From positions 18,166,001 to 18,230,000 of the forward strand of contig NC_043014.1 in NCBI RefSeq assembly GCF_006345805.1: a DNA stretch of 64,000 nucleotides, written 5' to 3'. Both the position numbers and the translations under genes were made by a program. The notes beneath the pieces are model-generated. The model searched no databases. It was not told the origin of the DNA and worked only from the letters and a program-made list of their open reading frames with translations. Source of the stretch: Octopus sinensis. Taxonomy: Eukaryota. How positions within the stretch are numbered: position 1 is the first letter of the stretch; every line of letters starts with the position of its first letter. This document shows positions 54,752 through 64,000 of the stretch, in pieces.

Positions 54752-54752
<1 letters not shown>
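53144..54752 (+). mobile_element. Full-length Tc1 (DD34E) element with ~220-bp IR/DR terminal repeats
   Basis: TA-flanked. TIRs 53144-53366 and 54528-54752 each carry outer and inner gcggccaaaatg(t/a)tcagaacgg repeats. Confidence 0.96.
53485..54482 (+). pseudogene. Tc1 transposase, disrupted
   Basis: GRPRKTT, FTDESKF, VMVWG, FMQDNAPCH, SPDLNPIENVW (34 residues between D and E). Frameshift at ~53760-53815 and stops at 54354 and 54381. Confidence 0.95.
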
Positions 54753-54786
<34 letters not shown>

Positions 54787-54979
54787 TACACGACGGGTTT
54801 CTTTCAGTTTCCATCTACCAAATCCACTCACATGAATTTGGTCAGTCCGGAGCTATAGTGGAAGACACTTGGCCAAGGTTCCACGCAGTGAGACTGAACC
54901 CGGAACGATGTGGTTGGAAAGCAAGGTTCTTACCACACACATGCATATATATATATTATATATATATATATAATATATA

Positions 54980-55012
<33 letters not shown>

Positions 55013-55452
55013 CACAAACATATATGCGTGAGTGTGTGTGTGTGTGTGTGTGTATGTGTGCGTGTATGTGTGTGTGTATACCAACCCTGTCTCCATCAAA
55101 TGTAGTTTTGCAGTCAAAGAAATAATAAACACTTTGTGTTGGACTCGTAATATTCTCTCTCTTACCTTAAATACAACAATTAATATTACAGTTTCCCAGG
55201 TAACAAATGTTGTATTGAAGTAAACAGTCCCTCTTCACAATGCAACTTATCGTACTTATATTTTAGTATACATTTAGTGTTTGTTTTACATTGTTGAACT
55301 AAAATGAAATGGGAAAGTACATTTTACACTTGATTTTGTTTGTAGTCCTCAAATTTTACGTTGGTTGAGATTACATGGACTGTGTAATCTATATAAAAAA
55401 CCTGATCTGTTGCACTTGTAGGTCGTAATATATACAGAAGCCACTCATGTAT

Positions 55453-55487
<35 letters not shown>

Positions 55488-55538
55488 AAGACACTGACAC
55501 ATATACATGCAAGATACACTTTCACCCCACCATATATA

Positions 55539-55579
<41 letters not shown>

Positions 55580-55965
55580 AACACACACTCACATATATAT
55601 GTGCTACACAGTGGGACTGAACCCGGAACGATGTGGTTGGAAAGCACGCTTCTTACCACGCTGCCACGTCTGCGCCTATGTATATGTATATGTGTGAATA
55701 TATATATATTATATATATATTGGTATGTATGTATGTATGTATGTATGTATTAAAATGACGATTTAGATAGAACCATGCACTTGAAAATGTATGCACCAGA
55801 TAGGGGGTAATCTCTGTGGTTACGACTTATGGCTAGTGAGAATCAAAGTATCAGATGTACACAGAGAAAACCAACCCAATGAGTATTGAGGCTGGTCCAA
55901 ATCACGCGTTACTTTGAATAGTACGTTGTTGGTATACTCTAAGGTACCCGACAAGTCGTAAATTC

Positions 55966-58310
55966 CACTGTGCATATAAGTAAAATCATTGTATTCTACC
56001 CAGACAAGTTGTACTGTACTTAACTAATTCCAGTATGCTGATTTCAAATCTGAACTCAGAATTGCTATAGCGCATCAGGATTTTGAGTTATACACATAAT
56101 TATATATCAATACTATATTAGTATTAGTTACGTATTAGTTACTAATACTATATTAGTATTAGTATAGTTAAGCTCAAGGTAAATAATCATTATAATAGTA
56201 TATTAGTACTTTATATAGTATATTTACGTTCAAGGCAAATACTACTATAATATAATGGTACATAGTATATTCAGGTTAACGAATAACTCACTTTATTTTT
56301 TATATTCTCAGCTCAAAATATTTGAAACACTTGCTCTTCCGCTTGTGCGTCGTGCTGGTCTCCTGTTGTAAGAACCAGCAGTGGTTACCCATCATGTGTG
56401 GATTGAACCAGCATTGATACTTCGTTTCCATCTCAGATATGTCCTGGTGGTACCTCTCACCATGCCCGTCACTAACGGCACCAAGATTCGTTGAAAAAAA
56501 AATCGAGATGAGAATGCAAGAAGGACATTTTAAGGGACATTCGGCATCCCATTCTTTCATATGCTATTAAATCAGCATATTTTTCAGCTTTATGATTTCA
56601 AAGAAAGTTCTGTACAATGAATGAATCCCATGCCGTCATCTCAACTGGATTCAATTTATCTCTGAATTTGCTATCAGACATCAATTCTCTGATCTGAGAC
56701 CTAATGAAAATGCCTGCTTTCAGTTTTGCGTCACTTTTCTCTGCATCAAATTTTACTTTCAGGTACTGAAAGCCACAACCTGTGTCATTGCTTTTACGAA
56801 GTTTTCCATGAGGCCGAGTTTGATGTGAAGGGGTGGAAGGAAGATCTTTTGTGGGCCTACCAGTAGTATATGTTGCACATTGTACCGACCAACTATGCAC
56901 TCACCTCTTTTAGGCCAATCTTTTACAGTGCAATGATTGCTGCCATCGTGGCTGTTCCAAACACACCAGAAACGCATACTTTTGGTATATCCCAGCTGCA
57001 GTCCCATTAATCATCACAAATATTCCACTTATGAACTGGTTAATTGACTCCTTTCAGAATGGGCTCCATTGATTCATAAGATTCTTCCTTACCGACAACA
57101 TGACCCGCAGGAATAGAAGTTTTTTTTCATTAATATTATGTAACAACATAGCTTTGAGGCTAACCTTGTTCGAGTTTATAAACAGTCTCCATTTGTTAGC
57201 CACATGCACGTATCCTACTTTTTGCATGAGTGCATTAATGTCAGTACAGAAACGAGCATTATTTTCTTGCTTGAGAAAGATAGATAAGCCCCCATGGTGA
57301 GAATAGAAAAGAGAAATGTTCGTAAGGAGATTCTGTTGCTGTAGTCTGGGTCCAAAACTTCTGCTTTCTCCTTTGTCAATGCTAGGCCACTTACTAAATC
57401 ATTAAAATCTTGATTAAACAAGCGTGGCTCATTTTTCTTAGCATCAACTATGTACTCTTCGTGAATAGGAGAATCAGTGTTCATCGTGCGACGTGTCATG
57501 GTCTTCAAGTGAGAGGGGACCTGGGAGAGGGTTCTCGAATTCATGTGGGACCGGATTTAGAGCCGACTTACAATCTGCATACCCAATTTTTTGCTTTCGT
57601 TTTCTTTGAGAAACCGCCATGCAAAAGTAACAATCAGGGACATGATTGGTTGGCTCATGCCATACCATTGGCATTCCCATCCGTTTTCCATTCAGCCACT
57701 GCGTAAACCCCGAGTAACACATGGTGCAGCATATATGAAGTGTTCATCTCTTGTCTTGATCCCCAAATTTACGCCCGAAATAATATTTATAGGCAGTTTT
57801 TAATTTGGTGGTAAGGTTCTTCTGCTGGTTACGCGGGAAAAATTTCCCACAGACATAATAAAAGTTGCCTGGGTGATTCACACTGCCTCTCCTATTCATG
57901 ATCAAACACAATGAACACAGTTAAAACAGTAATCACGCAGAGGAGAGATACACACTCCACACGTGACATCAGCGTAAACGACACTGAGAGTAACCAAGAA
58001 CAAACTCAAGTATTCGGCGCTTGCATACAATATGTCAGTTCCATTTATTGTTAAGCTAAATAGTGAACTTTCTCATCGTTTGTTTTATTGCTGTTATTTC
58101 TTTAATTTTGAATTAAAACCGCTTTCATTTTAGCAAATTTTATCATACGGTCTATATCTATCCTAAAGAATAGTTATGATCTTGCACATACACATAACTC
58201 AAAATCTTGACGTGCTAGACTAATTCTGACTGCGAATTCGGAATCAGCATTCTCGATTTAGTCTGGAGTACATGCTTTTACCCCGGTAGCAAAATCTTTG
58301 TTGTCCAGTG
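55966..58310 (-). mobile_element. Near full-length Chapaev-3-like DNA transposon, disrupted
   Basis: CACTG...CAGTG ends with ~120-bp imperfect TIRs. Transposase 57899->56300: NFYYVCG, PMVWHEPTNHVPDCYFC, PVPH, LQLGYTK, LPPLHIKLGLMENFVKAM, NLGAVSDGHGERYHQDI. Confidence 0.88.
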
Positions 58311-58339
58311 CAATCAAATGAATAACATATGATAGATAA

Positions 58340-58646
58340 AGCTGTTTATTACGTAACTTTTTATAGAAGAATGAGAACATTACTGCATCACAAAACCGTA
58401 ATCATGAGATGAGAAGTAATTTTACAAACAAAAGAATATGCCAACTATAAATTAAAATATGAAATGGGAGAATGCATTCTCCCGTTTCATGGACTCCTGG
58501 CACATTTCATACACTCCAGTTACATCCCGGCTGTATTCCTGGGATATTCTTTTGCTTGTGAATTTACTTCTCATCTAATGATTATGGTCGTTTGTAATGG
58601 AGTAATGTAATCATTATTTTATTAAAAAGTTGCGTAAGAAACAGCT
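58340..58646. mobile_element. Foldback MITE
   Basis: ~100-bp inverted arms (58340-58443 / 58539-58646) plus a 32-bp internal palindrome at 58459-58490. Confidence 0.8.
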
Positions 58647-58691
58647 ACAATGGGCTGACAATTATCCCTCGCATGATATTATTCATTTGAT

Positions 58692-58723
<32 letters not shown>

Positions 58724-59076
58724 CATATATATATATCAATAAGCCTTGGCCTTATGGCCCTAAACGTCTGTCTTCGTCGATCGTTTCCGTACATCCCATC
58801 TGGTGTCGTTTTTTCGTTCACAGCCCTGATTCTCCACAAATTTTATTGTTTTAGTATTTCTGCATGTCTTATGAAGTTTTCCTGTCTTGTCGTTAAAAGC
58901 ACTAAACAGGTAGTAATAAACAGTCGACAACCAAGGAGGAGTTAGACTATTTTGGTATTTTGTCCCGTACTTGACTCCCGTTGTGTGTTTACGTAATTTT
59001 CCCTCGTTGGTGATGTCTTGTACATAATATGCATTTTTCGTTTTCATACATACATACATACATACACACCCGCGCC

Positions 59077-59110
<34 letters not shown>

Positions 59111-59111
59111 A

Positions 59112-60582
59112 ATATTGTTATATTTCGGAATGGTCATTTTGCCAGTTTAGCCAATAAAAACACACGCACTATATATTTGGTGTTATTTTGCTTCAGTGTT
59201 ATTTATTTTTTACATTAATCTTAATCTTATTTCGGCCAGAGTTCTTTCGTCACACTCCTGTGACCGCATCAGTGGTCCTTTGTTTTCTTCTTTCTTATTT
59301 GTGTCTCTCCTTACTAACCGTCAGCCATTTTGTATTTCTATTGTATGTCTTCATTTGCGCATGCTTATATCTCTATGTGCGTTTATGTTTATTTAGTGTG
59401 TGTATGTGGGGGGATGCCTGTAATATTTGTATCTTCTGTTTATATATGTTCATGTAATTTGTAAGCTAAGAATTAAGGTTGTTGAAAAGCCAGGCAACCC
59501 TATCAAATCTATAATTGGTAGAACCTATCCTTTTAGTAGAACCCCCTGTACGGATAAGTACTGTACTGTATGTAGATTTAGCCCACAAACAAACTGTAAA
59601 GCCAGAAATGTAGTACATAGTATAAGATGTATAGAGGGACGATGCAGTAAGAAGACAATGACATACGTAGGGGAAACGGGAAGAAGCATAGGAGAGCGGG
59701 TAAATGAGCATTGGAGACAACTCAAGGAAGGTAAAAGCTCATCGATTCTGTACCAACACGCCGAACAAGAACACGGGGGATCAATCAATAACATAGAAAT
59801 TAAAATATTATCCACACATTGATCAGATGCAACAATTAGACAAATTACAGAAGCTACACACATAATAGAAAATAAACCTAGCCTGAATAGAAAGCTAGAA
59901 TGGAGCACTAACACACACCAAAACATATGACGATAGAGGATCCTGAAAACATAATAACTACACAGATAAATAAACTAATAGAAATAAATAACTATATTAT
60001 ATATATAATATATATATATTCGATTCAATTTATTATTATTATTACTAGTATTGTTGTTATACATACATACATACATACAAGCATATGTAATGATAATAAT
60101 AAGTGGATGTAAACACATGAATAAAATAAGAATAAACAAAAACAAAAACAACAAAAACAAAAAACAAAAAGCAAAATACAAATTACATGAACATATATAA
60201 ACAGAAGATACAAATATTACAGGCATCCCCCCACATACACACACTAAATAAACATAAACGCACATAGAGATATAAGCATGCGCAAATGAAGACATACAAT
60301 AGAAATACAAAATGGCTGACGGTTAGTAAGGAGAGACACAAATAAGAAAGAAGAAAACAAAGGACCATTGATGCGGTCACAGGAGTGTGACGAAAGAACT
60401 CTGGCCGAAATAAGATTAAGATTAATGTAAAAAATAAATAACACTGAAGCAAAATAACACCAAATATATAGTGCGTGTGTTTTTATTGGCTAAACTGGCA
60501 AAATGACCATTCCGAAATATAACAATATCTGTTTCAACACACGACTTCACATAAAATAATCTTGCACAACAAATATTTAAAC
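59112..60582 (+). mobile_element. 5'-truncated Penelope-like element with inverted pseudo-LTR
   Basis: 352-bp inverted repeats 59112-59463 and 60177-60528 flank a GIY-YIG coding fragment; (TA)n on both sides. Confidence 0.9.
59466..59930 (+). pseudogene. PLE linker plus GIY-YIG endonuclease fragment
   Basis: CTDKYCTVC...CKARNVVHSIRC...YVGETGRSIGERVNEH...LYQH...H, one in-frame TGA at 59820, then RQITEATHI..KPSLNRKLEW. Confidence 0.9.
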
Positions 60583-60623
60583 GTATATATATATATATTT
60601 ACATATATATATATATATGTATG

Positions 60624-60654
<31 letters not shown>

Positions 60655-61244
60655 TATATATATTATATATATAATATATAATATATATATATATATAATA
60701 TATATATATATTTATACACATATATATATTTATATATACATATATCTATATATATGTATATATATAGACACACATACACATATAGTGTTTGTGTGTTTGC
60801 GTGCATACATATTTTCACGCACACATATAGACATACACATAAATGTGAGTATGCTTACATATGTATATATGTATGAACATATGTACAAATCTATAATTGT
60901 ATACATGAATGTGTGCATTTACGATAGTATCATATTTCTATATCGATGTTTATGCGTAGCGATGTGTCTATGTACGTGAATAGATAGTATTGACTTTCGC
61001 TGGGGCTCTTTCTTGGTTTCTTGGCCGTTGGAAAGCATTGTCTATCACGTAAAACTAATGTATAAACATAAAACAGTTATATAGGCTTCCAGCATGGCTG
61101 TGAAGTTAAGACGATCGCCTCACAACCATAAGATTTCGTATTCAGAACGACCAGATCGGACGTCAGTAAATCAGTTCCTAATTAAGCCCTAATCCAACCA
61201 GTCTTGTGGACAGAAACTATGTCGTAGATCGCAGTGTGTGTTTG

Positions 61245-61341
<97 letters not shown>

Positions 61342-61750
61342 TGTATGCGTCTGTTTGTGAGTATATATGAGTGTTTCTGAAAGATTTTACGTCGTGCTTG
61401 TATGATTATGAATTTATAGTATGTAGATAGCGTTATAATCGATGTTGTCTTTTTGTGAAGCACATCGGCGTATTCGAGTACCATCGATTTGTATATAGAT
61501 GTTAAAATTGTGTGAGACATGCATAAGAACTAAAGAATAGTGGAAAATAGATGTTTCAAGGTGATGAAATATCACGACAGGAGATAGGGAAAAATATTTT
61601 GACATTATCTATTCACCACTACACATGTTTCATTAGCAAATAGGAGTTACAAAATTGTACAGGAAAAAACATGTAAAATATCTCTTATTCGAAATTCTTC
61701 ATACAAATAAATTTTTCGATTTTTGCCCCCCCCCACACACAACACACACA

Positions 61751-61792
<42 letters not shown>

Positions 61793-63018
61793 CACACACA
61801 CACACACCACACACAACACACACACACACACACACACACAACACACACACACCACACACACAAACACACAAACACTCACAGACACGCACGCTCGCATACA
61901 CACAAACACATACACACACTCACACATATATGTACGTAGGTCCGCACATACATACATATATACATACAGTGGTAAGATTGGAATGGATTAGGTTGAATTT
62001 AATCGTTGGCTTAAGCTGATTAAGTCTCTGCGTGGCTGTGTGAATCAACAAATCGACGAATCGATAAATGGGCTGTAAAAGCAGGGAAAGAAATGAATGA
62101 GCGAATGGAATAGAGGGAATACAAAGGATGGAATAGATACGGGTGTGAATATGGGAGTGAAAACCTCTTTTTATCTTCAATAGAAACCACCCGTTAAAAC
62201 ATTTGTCACAGTATGACAGAAGCTAACAACATATTCGATGTCAGTAATAAAAAAACAACGAAGTTAGACTGATGTTGTTATGGGTGTGGGGAAGGATATA
62301 CATACATATATATATTATTTTGGGGAAGGATATACATACATATATATATTATTTTGACACCCTGACAGTGGAGGAAACCCCTTTCTTTTCGATATTTATT
62401 TTTCGTTCATTTTTTTAAAAAAATTTGATTATTTATTTATATTTCTCTCGCAGTAGCAAGTGGAAAATGATAGGATTTCGTGTTCGCTGTTTTTGTAGAA
62501 TATGAACAGTTCCGTATGAGAGTGTGAATGCACACACACACATACATATACATACCATAGAATTTTAAGTGTACTAGTTTTTAATTAAAACTGCCATCTT
62601 CATGTGCTCAAAAGTTTTTGAAAAAGTAAAATATATACATTTTGATGAATTTTTTAAAATTCTTTTTTTTTTTTATATATACTCCAATTTCTGTGGAAGT
62701 GTATATTTTGTAGATTTCCTCCTATCAGTGATTGTTCTAGTGACTGAAATTACACATATGCCAAGTCCTACTTACTTCCCGGCAAGTATGTTTCCGCCAC
62801 AAGAAACCACACTTGCATGAAAATCAGATAAAAAAGAAAGAAGAGAAATAAAAAGAAAACAAAATAAAAAAAACAAGCACTTACAAAGTTACACGAACAC
62901 GCAAACATTCCCATAGACTGAAACATACATACATACATACATGCAGATACACACGCACACGTACACACATATACATAGAAGAGAAAGAGAAAGTGAGAAA
63001 GTACGAGATAGGTAGATT

Positions 63019-63071
<53 letters not shown>

Positions 63072-63129
63072 TGAGAGAGAGTCGGAATAAAAGTGTGTTC
63101 CATTTTTTAAAAATAAAATTCAAAACTAA

Positions 63130-64000
63130 TATTTAAATATTCGTGCATATCTGTATTGAACCACATGCTTTGTTATATTTCTTTATCTTTCACCATCTTT
63201 GCGGCAGATTCATGATCCCATCTTCCTGGATCACGAACTGATATATGTGGTTTTTATGGCCTTCTAGGAAGTTGAAATTCATCTCATTAGAAAACATTTT
63301 GTGGGGATCGAAATAAACTGTAATCTGAAAGTGTAAGGTCAAGTGAGAGCTATGAGCGTAGTAGGACATCCCAACCAAGCTCTACCAAGGAAATACGCCA
63401 ATTCAGGGCGTTTTTCTTTGATTGCCACCTTTAAACGATTGATTTAATTGAAAGCAATGATATCTGAATTCGGCACCTGATTTTGCTGAAGGAACTCGAA
63501 ATGAACAATGCTCATCAGAATGAAATGAACAATTCCCATCAGATACAAAGCATCCTTCGGATATTGACCGGGTTTTAAAATGAGTACAGGTGGTTCATAT
63601 TGTTTTACCGGGATCTCTTCCACTCCATATTATGTTTGTTCTTTTAAAAAGTGGGACGTTTATGTTGAGTTTAAACATAAATGAAATTGCGGTCCTCTAA
63701 TTTTCTTTTACTGCTTAATGATGAGGCACCCAAAATCACAGTGATTCACATATCCAAGTGTTCTTAAATATCGTATACGCTCATATAAGTTTTGTGTAGT
63801 ATTTCTGTGATATCGCATCGTGTTACTTGGATTACTTTTGATTAGCGCTTCGATCTGGTTATCATCAACGATTGTATGCTTACCGGAACGTTCACCGTAT
63901 TCTAGATCCAAACTTTCACCCCATAACCTTCTTGAGAACCACTTACGAATAGTCTTCTCAGCTCTGGAGCCATCACCATAAACTGCGCATTATTTTTTCC
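63130..64000 (-). pseudogene. Degenerate mariner transposase (runs off the window end)
   Basis: GERSGKHTIVDDNQIEALIKSNP (second HTH) and EDGIMNLPQRW (C-terminus). Confidence 0.7.

Noticed and set aside
58745-58810. ggcc-ttat-ggcc...aaacgtc hammerhead-like remnant in a TA-flanked insert
   Set aside because: Core absent on both strands.

Overview
AT-rich, microsatellite-dense eukaryotic DNA with no confidently identifiable host gene. The SINE repertoire suggests an octopus/cephalopod intron or intergenic region, though that is an inference. The window is mostly transposon remnants: two R4/Dong LINE copies plus (TAA)n-embedded retroposon tails, L1/Tx1 fragments, Helitrons, two Chapaev-3-like elements, three mariners, a maT-like fragment, a full-length IR/DR Tc1, a foldback MITE and many tRNA-derived SINEs. 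The most interesting signal is a cluster of hammerhead-ribozyme (HHR) motifs from six distinct small elements between 37.4 and 60.4 kb. It includes a canonical type I HHR in a 351-bp tandem unit (retrozyme-like), a G3:C8 compensatory core variant inside a 119-bp foldback, and a very recent Penelope-like GIY-YIG fragment with a 352-bp inverted pseudo-LTR carrying an HHR-like motif. Most ORFs in the supplied track are microsatellite artefacts. All family assignments are from motif recognition by eye, not database searches.
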